Positions 25,168-37,769 of a stretch of DNA of 64,000 nt are shown piece by piece (within the stretch, counting starts at the first letter, position 1; every line of letters begins with the position of its first letter). A program made the translations under genes and the position numbers. This DNA is from Moniliella sp. 'wahieum' (lineage: Eukaryota), in assembly GCA_003971905.1 (NCBI GenBank), contig RSEE01000024.1, positions 1 through 64,000 on the forward strand, read 5' to 3'. Under the pieces are notes generated by a model, which saw only the letters and a program-made list of their open reading frames with translations, was not told where the DNA came from and ran no database searches.

Positions 25168-26895
25168 CTAGTACAGGTCCTTGTGGTCCGCCTTAATAGC
25201 ATCGGGCCCTTCTCGCCGATCGCGTACACCGAGTTCTGGATACGGCAGTCCGGAATGACGGGGATCACCGAGGCGTCAATCACGCGCAGGTTCTTGATCC
25301 CGTGCACCTTGAGCTTGGGGTCCACCACACCCTGCTCAATGTTCTTGGACAGACGAGCGGTACCGCAGGGGTGGAACGCAGTCTGGCAACGGTCCAACAC
25401 CGCACGGTGCATTGCCTTATCGTCGTCCAGGTCCATGGGCCAGGGGAATTCGGCTTCGACCAAGTCCTTGAATCCTTCGCCCTTGGTAAGAACATCATAC
25501 GAGAAACGGATGCCCTCGCGCATGGCAAGAATGTCCAGATCATTGGCAAAGAAGTTGATGTTGATGTTGGCCTGCTCCAGCGGGTCAGCCGAGTTGAGCG
25601 TCACCTCACCCGGGTCCGAAATGGGGCGGACGAGGTCGACGACAACCGTGATATGCTGTCCAGTCTTGGGGGCAGGGTAGTGCCACTGGAAGGCTGTGCC
25701 AAACATGCAGACAAAGTCCAACTCGAAGTGCGGCTGACCCTCGGGGGAGAAGGGGTCCTTGCCTCCGTTGGCAGCCTTGGCCTTGACATACGCCGGTCAC
25801 GCTCGAGGTACTCGTCAATGCGCGGGAAGCCGACCAATTCAAGCAGGCCCGAAGAAAGAGGGCCAGTGTGGTGCTCCTTGTAAGCAACCTGGGCTGCCTG
25901 GTGCGCCTTAGACTGACGCATCAGCACGTCATCCATGCCGAAACCGTCCTTGACGCGCAGCACAAAGGGCACGCCAGGGTGGTCGATCAGATTCTTTCCC
26001 ACATGCTCCGACGCGACGACATCGATGCCGTGACGCTCAAGCTCGTACTTGGGTCCAATGCCAGAAAGCATGAGCAGCTTGGGCGACTCGTACACACCCT
26101 CAGAGACAATCACCTCGCGGTCCGCATAGAAGCTCAGCTCTTGGCCAGAAGCGTCAATGACAGTGATACCCTTGGCTGTCTTGCTCGCCTCATCGATAAT
26201 CAGCTTCTTGGTGTGCACCTCGGGCACGATGGTAATGTTGGGCTTGCCCTGAACAAAGAGGAATGAGCCCGAACGCTGGCCCTTGTAGATCGAGCTCACG
26301 CAGTGGGTGAGACCAATCATTTCGCCATCATAGATGTTTTCCGAGATGTTTACCGCGCGACTTCCACGCCTTGATGATGTTTTCACGGAAGCCCTTCATC
26401 TCGGGCAGGAGCTCCGAGTGCGCAATGGGCAGGGGGCCATCGACGCCAATCTTCTTCAGACTTGTCGTACAGGCCCTCGTCGTCATGGTACGTGGCTGAT
26501 TTGCGAAGGTAGGGCAGCAGCGGCTCCCATGTCCACTCGTCACCACCGAATTCGGCCCAGCGATCAAATGTAGGCTTGCAACCAGGGATCCACGTAAAGT
26601 AGTTGAGCGACGACGAACCACCGAGGGCCTTGCCGCGCGTGTTAGGCTTCTCAATGCGCTCGTAGTCGTCGCGCTTGACCAGCGTGGTCTTGTACGCCCA
26701 ATCGTGCTTGGAGCTGCGCAAGTCCATTGCCAGAGCCGGAGTGCGGATCTCAGGCAGCTTGGCTGAATCGCCGGTGCCGGCCTCGACCACGAGGACCGTC
26801 ACATTCTTGTTTTCGGCAAGACGACCCGCCACGACGTTGCCGGCGGTGCCGCCGCCCACGACAACAAAGTCAAAGTGCGCGCCGTTGGTAGCCAT
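25168..26895 (-). CDS. GMC oxidoreductase, formate oxidase-like (intronless; several apparent frameshifts)
   Basis: MATNGAHFDFVVVGGGTAG (FAD-binding), IEKPNTRGKALGGSSSLNY, LLMLSGIGP, DHPGVPFVLRVKDGFGMDD, CQTAFHPCG, DASVIPVIPDCRIQNSVYAIGEK and the C-terminus ..DHKDLY* closely follow Aspergillus oryzae formate oxidase as I recall it. Confidence 0.9.
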
Positions 26896-29800
26896 GGTGA
26901 AGATTGGGTGATGCGAAGGTGGGTAGGTGGGCTGGATGGAGTAGGGGTGGGGATGGGATGAGGAGAGATGGTAGGAATAGACGCGTTGGGCTCGCATTAT
27001 AAACTCGCGGGGGCCATCCTTCTCCCTGTTTTCTTGTGGGACATTGCTGTTACTCGGTGGTCATTGCCCTGTTTCTCCCTGTTTGAATGGAAATGAGTCT
27101 TGGAGCAATGGATACAACCCCATCATGCATTACCGGTTACCCGTCGTGCACTACGGGTACTTACAGGTTACTATAGAATGTGGAGGTGCTTTCTTCCGTG
27201 ATACTGTGTGATCTGTGACATGCGAGGTCTAAGATCATCGACCAGTGATCAGCGAACAGCGCAGCCATTCACAACTTCAGCCCTTCGAGACATATGTAGT
27301 TGCGCTGGCTATCCGGGGAAGCCTACTCATGTACAGATGATGAGTCGGTGATGCATGATGCATGATACAGCATTGCGAGACCGCCATGGTCCGTGCACAG
27401 TTACCCTGCTGGGTGTACCGGGGTTCGCTGTTGTCCAAGAAGTGGGGCTTTTGATTGATTGGATTTTGATTGATTGGTTGGGGGAGCTCAAAACAAGACC
27501 TCCTCTCAATCCTCCGAATTGATTCGACCAAACGTTGGGCGGTAGAGCATCGTGCCCTTCGCGCTCGCCTGGCCAGCTGGCCGATGTGATCGATGAAGAC
27601 GACAAACGATAGCGACGATCGAGACGAACGCGATCGATGAAAATTGAGGGAACCCTCTAACTCTTACTTTGGTGTGTACATCTGTGACCCCATGCATGCC
27701 AGACAGATGCGAAGGAGACTATCGGTTAACGTGTATGCCGTCCTCCGAATCCCACACAAGTTGCCGCGATCTCTTCTGTCACATTATACGCGATACTGGC
27801 CTTCCATCTTGTCTAAACGTCAAGAAAGCTTGACGCGGCCAGCTGCAAGCCTCCTTCAGCACGGGCTTTTTTCATGGGACATGCAACGTGCTCTCCTCCA
27901 TTTGCCTGCGCGTTCTTGATGGCATGGGACAGCAGTCCGGCTACTTCTGCTGCCAGTGCCCTTGCACCCGAGCGTTTTGGTATTTGGACGTGAGACATGG
28001 CAAATTGGAACACCGAGTGTGCAGACGAGGGGCTAGAAGAAGGGTAGAAGAGATTTTGGGGTGAACCGTGCGCGGGTACAGCGGGGAGCAGTAGAAGCTG
28101 TATAGAGATTCTCGCGCAGCGAGCTTGCGTCCCACATAGCCCATGGCCCTGCGTCCAGTACTCAGTGCACTCAACTCTCCGCGCTGAGGGCGCTGAGGGC
28201 GCTGAAGCGCTGTTGAAGGCTCAGTCTGAGCTCTGAGCCTGAGCGCTGAGCAAGCAATTCACACATGTAGTGGCGGTATGCATGCTACTTCGGGCATACT
28301 CACTAATATTGCGGGAGCGTGCTAACGTGTGCCTCATCCGTATTACATTAATTCGGTATACGAAGAGAGGCGGACCAGTAGTAGGGGGACCTCGTCCGGT
28401 CTCCCTTCCGCCTTCCTGTGTGCACCCCTACACGCCTGGTCCGCTGATGGCATCACTACCCTGCATTTTGCTCGCCCCGGGACCGATTGCGAACGTGACT
28501 ACCGTTGAACATCGGGTTCAAGGTTTGCAATACCCCGTTTATACCGGTCACCGGCTGGTTATCACGGTTACCATTTAAACGTACTTGACGTTTAAGTTAC
28601 AATTTAACGTTCAACGTTGAAGTTCAACGTGTTCAACGGTTACTTGGTTACCTGCACACACGAAAGTCATGTAAATATGTCGAGTCATGTAAATATGGTA
28701 CGAAGAGGGTGATTAACGTTAAACAGTCTTTAAACGTTAAACGTTAGTTGCTATCATTGTGTGCGAGAGGGCCCGTTCTGCCTCTGTTCCGCCCTTGCCT
28801 GTTGCGTCTCCAGGCGGCTCCCCTAATTGCATCCCCACTACGTCCTCCCCTACCTCGCTCCCCTCCCACGCATTGTTGCCGGAAGTAAGCTTTTCGAACC
28901 AGAACTTCAAGCTATAGCTATTAGCTTCAAGCTCTGAAGCTTCAAGATTCGCTTCGCAGGGTTCTGAGCCCTCGGCCTCAGTACACTGAGTCTACTGTCA
29001 AAAAATCGGCAATCCTCGATCCTCAGCTGCCTGAAACATGGTATGGAAGTGTGGTACGTCTGTACCAGGTACCTGTGGCTCTGCTACGGGGTCACCGGTC
29101 ACCCATGCTTCAAACGTCAGCGCGTCAGCACTATATCAGTGGTGGATCATAATATGTACCTCTCCCAGATAATCCTGCGAGTGCGAGCAAGTGCGAGCGC
29201 TCAAGCGCTCAGCGCCCATGCATCATGATGCGCATGATGCATGATGCATGATTCCCCGTCACGCGTCACGCGTCACGTTCAAGCTTCGAGCCCTTCAAGC
29301 TTCAAGCTCTTCAAATGCTTCAACAAGAGTAAAGTACAGTATTCTAGCTTCTAGGCGCACGGCCAATAAATAGCTAGTCACTAGTCACTCGCTAGTCCCT
29401 CCAGCCATTCATATGTCACAGTGACTAGGTCACCGGCCAGAACACCACCGACGTCAACGCTTCATCTGCTTATATAGCCTTTAGTAGAGTGCGACTTTAG
29501 AGCATCGAGCACGGAGCGAGATCGCGATCCGATGGATCCGCTGCAAAGCAGCCTTCGGACAAGGCGCGAAGGGAAAGTGGTGAGCCAAAATGGATCAGTC
29601 TTCAAGCAATTTCTGAAGCGAAGGAGACCGGAGAGAGGAGGGGGATGGAGCGAGCAGGGGGTGCGCAGCCTGCGAGCGGATGAACTCTGCCGCCCGACTA
29701 GACAACCGTCACACGCCACCAATCAACTTGGAGTCGGGCATGTTGTCAGACATATGGGGCGTGCAATATATGACGTCTGGCGTGACGCGTGACGTCTGTG

Positions 29801-30840
29801 ACATGTGACGTGCATGATGCATGATGCATCATAAATCGATCTGGAATGCTTAGTGCACCCAGCATCGCAAGACAAAGGCGCCACCACTTCATCGCCAGGC
29901 CCACGGTGGAGAACCGTCTGGGTTGGATGTACGCGTAACCAGCCACAGGCGGCGGAGTACTACTCAGCCAGCCTTGAGATCTGAGAGTGAATGTTGCCTA
30001 CGTATGCATGATGTTTTTGCATCCGTTCCAGAAACTCATCCGTTGCTTTGGCAACTCGAAGTTCGACTGTCCGCCACCCCCGCACGGACCATGAGATGCA
30101 TGATGCGCCCTAGACATCACAGCACGCATGCATACCGAACCTCGTTCTCCGTCCTGAAGCTCCGAAGATCTGAAGGCCTGAGCGCCTGGGCTGAACGTAA
30201 GCTGTGGCCAGGCGTTGGGGTTGGGTCGAAGTAACTATAGTAAAAAGCTTATAGTAACTAGCAACTATTAGTAACTGCGGTTTGAGGCAAAAGGACCCTG
30301 TTTCCGATCAATACGTCGGGGTGGAAGTTAGGCGTTGAACGTTGAACTCATATTGAACGCCCTCGGGGCTCTGGCCACTGGAGGGGTTGCTGAGCCTGAG
30401 CTCTTGGCTACGCCTCAGCGTGGAAAGACATCTAGGTCTGAGATCTGATGATCCGTGCACGCGTGGGTGTCTAATAAAGCTTAAAGCTGCTGTAAAGTTG
30501 TTACCTGTTTGTACATGGCTTAGGATTGTGTGACAAATCGGAGAGCTACCACGCCTGAGGGGCCTGAGGCCTGAGACCTGAGGCCCGGTTATTAATTATT
30601 GATCATCGCGACCATCGATCATCACTGCTGAGCAAGTCACTGCGTCACTAGTCAACATAGCCTCAAGCCGATATGGTTCTTCCCCTCTCTGGTACCCAGA
30701 GCACGCTTGTCCGCAAACAATGAAGGCTGTCTTCATCGTTGTAGCAGAGATTCCCACCGCCCGCACTTTTATAGCTGGCACATTTCGGTAATGTGCCCCC
30801 CGTCTCATCTCATCGACCCTTCCCCCAATAGTTGCCCCTT

Positions 30841-32522
30841 ATGACTACGCGTGCCAACCTCAACTTCGGCCAAGAGCAAGCGCTCTACACCACCTCGAAT
30901 GGTAAGTCTCGCACTTCGAACCCCTCTGGAAAAAGGAGCTGACATACATGTGAACAGGCGCCCCCTACCCTGACCCATACGATGTCCAGGGTGTTCCCGT
31001 CGACACGGTTGGTCATCTGGTTGCGTTGCAAGACTTTCACCACATCGACCTGCTAGCGCACTTCGCACGCGAGCGCATTCCGGAGCGCACGGTTCATGCC
31101 AAAGGGGCTGGTGCACACGGCACGTTCGTCGCGACGGAAGATGTTTCGGACTTGACCTGTGCGCATGTGTTCCAAAAGGGAAACGAATCGTCTGTGACCG
31201 TGCGTTTCAGCACGGTCGCGGGCGAGAGTGGGAGCGCCGACACGCTGCGCGATGTGCATGTTTCGCAGTCAAGTTCAAGACTCAAGAGGGCAACTACGAC
31301 ATGGTGGGCATTCACACGCCCACATTCTTGTACGCACTATCACTCTTTCTCTAAGAGCTGCCTGCTAACTAGTAGTTGATAATTCAGTGTGCGTGACCCC
31401 TCCAAGTTCCCAGCTGTCAACCACTCGCACAAACGCGACCCGCAGACCAATTTGCCCAGCGCCGACATGTTCTGGGACTTTGCTAGCCTGAGTAAGTTCT
31501 GTTTTAGCCATGCTGAAACAAATCTGACCATGACCTCTTCCGTGCCGCAGACCCTGAGTCGATTCACCAGTTCATGATTCTATTTGGTGACCGTGGCATC
31601 CCCAAAGGTCTGGGTAGCCTGAATGGCTACTCAGCTCACACGTTTAAGCTGGTTAATGCCAAAGGCGAATGGGTCTACGTCAAGTTTCATTACCGCTCCA
31701 ATCAAGACTACCGCGGCGCCTACTTTACACAGCAGGAGGCCGTCAACATCGCGGGCTCCAACCCGGACTACAACACTCAAGACTTGTTTGAGCGCATCGA
31801 GAAGGGTGACTACCCGTCGTGGACCGTGAGCGTGCAGACAATGACGGTCGAGCAGGCCAAGAAGTTCCGTTACAGCATCTTTGACATGACTAAGGTCTGG
31901 CCTCACAAGGAGTACCCGCTGCGCAAGATTGGTGTCATGACGCTCAACAAGAACCCCGACAATTACTTTGCCGAGGTAGAGCAGGCCGCCTTCTCGCCCT
32001 CGTTTTTGGTTCCGGGAATTGAACCGTCGGCGGACCCGATGCTCCAGAGCCGGCTGTTTTCGTACCCCGATGCTCAACGTTACCGCCTCGGGGTCAATTA
32101 CCAACAAATCCCTGTCAATTCCCCTGTCGTGCCCGTGGCCAACTTCCTCCGCGACGGGTTCATGAACGTGAATGGCAACCAGGGAAGCCGGCCCAACTAT
32201 GCGGCCAGTTACCGCCCGCTCAAATATAACCAAAAGACGACGGTGGCTCTGGCCCATGAGGCTCCCCTGGTCAATGGAATTGTCAACTTCTTGTCGGAAG
32301 TATCGCCACTCGACTTCGAGCAGCCACGTGAACTGTGGCTGCGGGTGTATGACGATGAGGCCAAGAAACGCTTTATCCACAATGTTGCCGACCACATGAG
32401 CAACGTCAAGAAGCCCGAGATTGTGCAGCGCCAGCTGGGTGTTTTCCACTTGGTCCACCCAGACATTGCTCAAGGCATCCAAGGAACTTGGCGTTGCGTT
32501 TGAACCCACCAAGACAGCATAA
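30841..32522 (+). CDS. Monofunctional small-subunit heme catalase
   Basis: Active-site motif [17 protein letters not shown] and heme-ligand motif [14 protein letters not shown]. Introns at 30902-30957, 31330-31387 and 31492-31550. The stop is at 32503 or 32522 depending on a terminal frameshift. Confidence 0.95.
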
Positions 32523-32897
32523 GGGTCCCCGTGCTGAACACTGTTTCCTGGGTTTTTGTGACTCTCCAACATACAATAAATACACACTGTTTTCATTGAC
32601 TGAGGGTTTAAGAGATCCCAAACGGGGGCGATCCCCTATTTTTTCTATACTGTGAATGCCAGTGCCTCGATTGTGTACCACGACGACTTTAGGCCTAAAC
32701 GCTCCTTACGTCAGAGACATTGACCGTAGTGGTGGTTGGCAATCCCGTTGCATTTTCTTAATTATTAAGATGGGGGGGCGGAGGGTGTCAACTGTGGGCC
32801 ACGTTTGTAAACTAGCGACACAAAGGACAGCCCTTGACGTTCCCATCAGTCCTTCTCGGACCCCCCCTGCGTGCTTGGAAAGATGGAATATGACCGA

Positions 32898-33510
32898 CAA
32901 GGAGAACCACCGGGCCTACGGCCCGGTCAGCTGGGGCTTCGCCCCAGCTGTGCTGCGTCGCCACCTTAGCCACCGTTCCCCCTTCGCCACCGTAGCCACC
33001 GTTCCACCGTCGCCAACACTGCCGACATGGAGAAATAATATAACCGATGCTTGCTGCTGGCTGCGGGTGGGGGTGGCGTGGACCGTGGCACGGGGCAGCT
33101 GATGTAAAAGTGCACAGGGCGAAGGGAGGAATAATAATGTAACTTACAGGGACGCACTCTCAAGAGCCGTTTTTCCCCCTGGTTTTGACGACGCGAGGAT
33201 ACTACGGCACCAAGACGGCGGGCAAGTTGTTTCGCGCATTGGAAGGAGTTGGCTACTAAGTCTCAGTGGAAATGGTTCCTCGCTCGGATGTCAACCACGT
33301 TCCTCCGTGTCCACACGCGCTTCCTAGGGTACGGGACCGGATGGCGTGAGCCGGAGGGTCCTGATATCCTGGCGATCCCCCTGGTCCCTTGACCCTGGTG
33401 GCGCCCCCAAGTAACCCCCGCAAGATGAACGGTTAGGTTTAGACGTAGCGTTCCCCCTGTCCCAGCCTTAAGCTCTGTGAATGAAATGGACGTGACTTAG
33501 GGATTAGGGA
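32898..33510 (+). mobile_element. Twin-hairpin element copy 3 (hairpin module plus last ~350 bp of the LINE, ending TTAGGGATTAGGGA)
   Basis: Perfect twin hairpin at 32909-32950. Segment 33150-33490 aligns to the reverse complement of ~13620-13955, including the ORF end IPLVP*. Confidence 0.85.
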
Positions 33511-35169
33511 TATGGACAAAGAGCGGTCATCATCTGATGTTACGCGTTACGGCCCTCCTCTCCGCGGAAGATGCTATCCGATCAAAGGCCCGATACTTTG
33601 ACGTGTGTCATAACAAGCTCCATCCCAACTCCCCAACTTATATTTACGGTCATGTGGACGCTCGTTCCATTACGTCTAATGGTCGTATGTCACACCTCCT
33701 TGGCGACCCTTGTGACGGCTTATATTTTCTGTTTCTTTCCAAGATTATTCCCCTTCGGCGACGAAGCTCAGCTGATCTGTTAGTTTCCTTAAGTTTCCCG
33801 CCCGGGAACGGTCCCTTCGTAGCCACTGTTGCTCCCCAGTCCCTTGTTTATTCCCCCGTTTTCTCCTGAACCGCATGGTTCCACTTTAGTCATTTTCCCC
33901 TCTGTATGAAGTGGCCCGTGGGTTTTCCCGAATGATTCATCGGCATCTCGTTTTCACCATCTTCATCGATCCATACGGTACGGGCAACTCGATCTTCCAG
34001 CTCTTAGTTCCCTCCTCTGCTCTCCGCCTCTTCGACCGCCACATGTTCTCCCTTTAAGCTCCCATCAACCAACGGCATACCGTGAATCGACCCTGCCGGC
34101 CTCCAAGGGAATGTACCCCTTGAAGGGCCCACAGAGCGAGCCCCAGGCTGGCCCAAGGGGGGGGGGGGGGGGGGGGTTGTGAACTGTGCGACATCTCTGA
34201 TATCTCTATACTATGACACATTTCGTTAAAGCTTTTCTCAGCATACTTGTAGATACTGGGATCCAACGGTCGTATCCCTCTCTGTCCGTGAAAACTACCA
34301 AACAATACGCCCGCGTTTCATTGTGTTGTCCGCCCTTGCATATAGTCATACTACCCTTGCGTAATCCGTCAACTGGCAGTTATTGCATAGAACGTCATTG
34401 GGTACTGTGGAGGGCAGTTCACCAATGCGTGTCCATCGTTAGCCGCTGCCATGGGACATCCAGCAAAGAAAATAGTCCAAAAGGATGTGCACCCTTCATG
34501 TACACTACCGCGCGGTAGAGGGTTCTCGTCAAAGAAACGCAACTGTTGGCATAAGCAAAGTGAATTACGAAAGAGGCCATATGGTCGAGATGTTGTGAGC
34601 GGAGAGTTATAAATATGTGGGGGTAGCGTCAGTTCATCACGTTCATCAGTCATCAGTATTCAGAGCAAGAAAGCTCAACAGCTTCGACGGTGAGTGGCTG
34701 GATTGCTGTGGAGGAGAGAGCTGCTCCTTCTCTGACTTGCTCAAATCTCTGAGCGCCTCAGGCTCTTCGGGCACCTCAACCCCCCCCCCCCCCCCCTCAG
34801 GCTCCTGTTGATGTTACAGCCCGTGCTAGATCTGAGATGGTCTGATCCAAGTGAAACCCCGCTTGCTCTGTATATATGCCCGGTAGAGCGGGCTCTGAAG
34901 TCCAACCAAATTTGATTATGGTGGGTTAAACCATCGTGTACGGTGACCCGAGTGGCCACGCATCTGCGCGACAAGAGTCGCCCCCCCCCCTCCTCGCTCA
35001 AGTCAAAGTCGGTTGGCTTAAATGAGGCCACCAACGTTCCGGTACCTTTGCGACGACTGTCGCCCCGTCACCATCGATACTTTATCCTTCTCCTTTGCGC
35101 CTCCCGCAATCCACACCTCTTTTGACATGTCTTCCTTTCTACACCACTATATAGTGTGTCCGTTTTCCC

Positions 35170-36100
35170 TTTTGTCGGGATCAGACCCACCTGGTCACCG
35201 ATGGTTATCAGATTGACTGGACCCTGTTTTGTTCTAGACCCTGTTTCCCCTTTTGGTCTATGCTCCCCTTTGTTTTCTCCGTGTGACTCAGCTCACTTGT
35301 CCTCCTCTTCTCCGAGGTATATATACCTCGCTCCCATGCCACTCGATGAGTATTATCTCTATCCTTTCCCCCATCTGCATCTCCTGTTACCTTTTGATCT
35401 GGCCTGTACCCCTGGCTGATGGGGACCCTTTCCCCATCACCTTCCATTCTCGTCCCTTCCCGTCTTTCCTGCCCGAATCCTGACCGTTCATGGCAAATTG
35501 ATTTTGTACAAGCAACTTCGTCTCCACTTTTAGCTGCTTCCTCGTCTTCCAACATCGTCTCCCAGCTTTCCATCCGCCCAGTCGGGCGAGCCTTCCTTCA
35601 GCCGCGTCGAGTCCCCGTGCCAGCTCATCCCGTGGGTTCCTTTTCAGCGGCACGTCGATAACTATATCCCGGTTCAGTCCCAGCTCTGGCAATGTTTATC
35701 CTTCACTGCCTCTACCCGTCCCTAATCCCTGATGGAAAAGGCTTCAAACACGTTACTACGGCCCAAACCGGTGAGTACGCAGCCTTGCCGGACGTGCAGC
35801 CGCCTCCGCTTCACGCTCAAAGACATCTCCTCTCGTCCCGAGCTCTTCCGCTCGGATCAACGTGTACAACTCAACTAGGAACTAGGAACTAGCTTAAATC
35901 TTAAACTGGGCTGAAGGTACTCAGTGCTAGAGGGTAGTGGTTCACCTGCACTCTCTCCAATGGATCGGTGACGCTCGCTGGTTCGGGTGAATCGCCCCTT
36001 GCGCGGGCTGCGCCACCCGCTTTGTCTGTTCCGACTTGCTTGCCTGGCTCTTGCCTTCTTCCCTTGAGCTTGGTTGAAGGGCTTGTGGCTGACGCTGACT
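35170..36100 (+). repeat. Unclassified dispersed repeat (family B), longest copy
   Basis: 35170-35400 matches the reverse complement of 55430-55655. 35415-35860 matches 59020-59330. 35945-36095 matches 58720-58830. Confidence 0.75.
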
Positions 36101-36544
36101 GCCCTGCTTTCAGCCTCCAGCACTCAGGCTCTCAGATTCCCAGGCCGCAAGCTCTTCAAGCTTCAAACGAAATGAGGCGGCCTGGGGGGTCAGACATGTC
36201 ATGCATTGCACGCATCATGCGTCGAACTGCAATATTCAATTGAGGTGTCTGAGATCTGAGCCTCAGGCGATGCTTGGCACACGCGTGGTGTGCTGCCCGG
36301 CGGCTGTGGTGGGCATGGGGCCAGTACTCTTGGCGGCGCCCTGCTGAGCGCAGGTGCAATGCGCGCCACACTGCCCCTGCGCTCCGCTACCCCAGAACTC
36401 CCAGGTCTCGCATTCTCACACTCTCCAGCCCAACCAACGTTGGCGATGGAGTGACGCCGACGCGTCACATTCACCACCGCTACCACGCAGCCCATCCCCC
36501 CGTCTCCCGCCCGCCTCCACCCTCCGGCTGCCGCCCTTCCTGCC

Positions 36545-37769
36545 ATGTCCGAACGAGCTCCGCTCCTGGGCACGCCTACGGGCGCCTCCAATGGCTCTGC
36601 CCTCCCCGCCACCCACGCGCCGGCTATCGAGTGCTGGCACTGGCCCTGTACCCACCCTTGCCCAGTCGTTGCGCTGGTTCCTGTTCAACTCGTATCTCAA
36701 TGTCCTCCTCGTCTTTGTGCCCCTCGGTTTGCTTGCCGAGAAGCTCGAGTGGAGCGCGTTGGCACGCTTTACGCTCAACTTCCTCGCCATTATGCCCTTG
36801 GCCAAGCTGCTGGGCGACGCCACGGAGCAGGTCAGCATGCAGCTTGGTGACACTCTCGGGGGCCTTTTGAACGCTACGTTCGGTAATGCTGTCGAGCTGA
36901 TTGTTGGTATTGTTGCCCTGCTCCAGGGCCAGCTTCGGATTGTGCAGACCTCGCTCATTGGAAGTATTCTGAGCAACCTGCTGCTTGTACTTGGCATGTC
37001 CTTCTGCGCCGGCGGAATGGTGCGCAAGGAAAACACGTTCCAGGCCACCGCAGCCCAGGCCAGCGGCTCCATTCTCCTCCTCGGCACAATCACCCTTGTG
37101 ATTCCTGCAGCCTACCGTCTCTCGGGTCACAACGGCGATTCGGATCAGGATGAAGCGGGCTTGTTGTTTATTAGCCGGGGCGCGGCGGTGATCCTTGTGG
37201 CTGTTTATGGGCTGTACCTACTTTTCCAGCTCAAGACCCACGCCTTCCTCTGGGACCCGGAAGAGTTGACAGAGGTTGAGTTTGACATGGACGAGGATGA
37301 GGATGAGGAGAAGATGAACACGAAAGCAGCGCTGTTGGGTCTGTTGGTAGTGACAATTATCACTTCGTTCAGTGCAGACTACCTCGTGGGCGCGATTGAT
37401 GAAGTTGCTAACGAGTATCACATCCCCGCTGCCTTCATCTCGACTATCCTTCTTCCTATTGTGGGAAACGCGGCCGAGCACGTCACCTCGATCTGGATGG
37501 CGATCAAAAACAAGATGGAGATTGCCCTGGGGGTGGCGGTGGGCAGCAGCATCCAGATTGCCATTGGTCTCATCCCATCTCTGGTACTGGTCGGGTGGAT
37601 GGTGGGGCAACCGTTAACCCTGTACTTCCGTGGCTTTGAGACGGTGGTGCTGGCCATGGGTGTGCTGCTGGCCTACACGCTCATCCAGGACGGCAAGTCG
37701 AACTGGATTGAAGGGGCGATGCTCGTTGCGCTCTATCTCGTCATTTCACTGGCCTTCTGGGTGCAGTAA
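36545..37769 (+). CDS. VCX1: Vacuolar Ca2+/H+ exchanger (CAX family)
   Basis: Alpha-repeat motifs GGLLNATFGNAVE, GSILSNLLLVLG, PIVGNAAEH and VAVGSSIQIA, with an acidic central loop. The N-terminal MSERAPLL dileucine motif is in a shifted frame. Confidence 0.93.

Noticed and set aside
31631..32596. 321-aa minus-strand ORF (likewise 38222-39331 and 41045-42160)
   Set aside because: These are antisense mirrors of catalase or SPF1 caused by codon bias.
34156..34177. Long poly-G/poly-C tracts
   Set aside because: Homopolymer lengths are unreliable in this assembly and there is no evidence of function.
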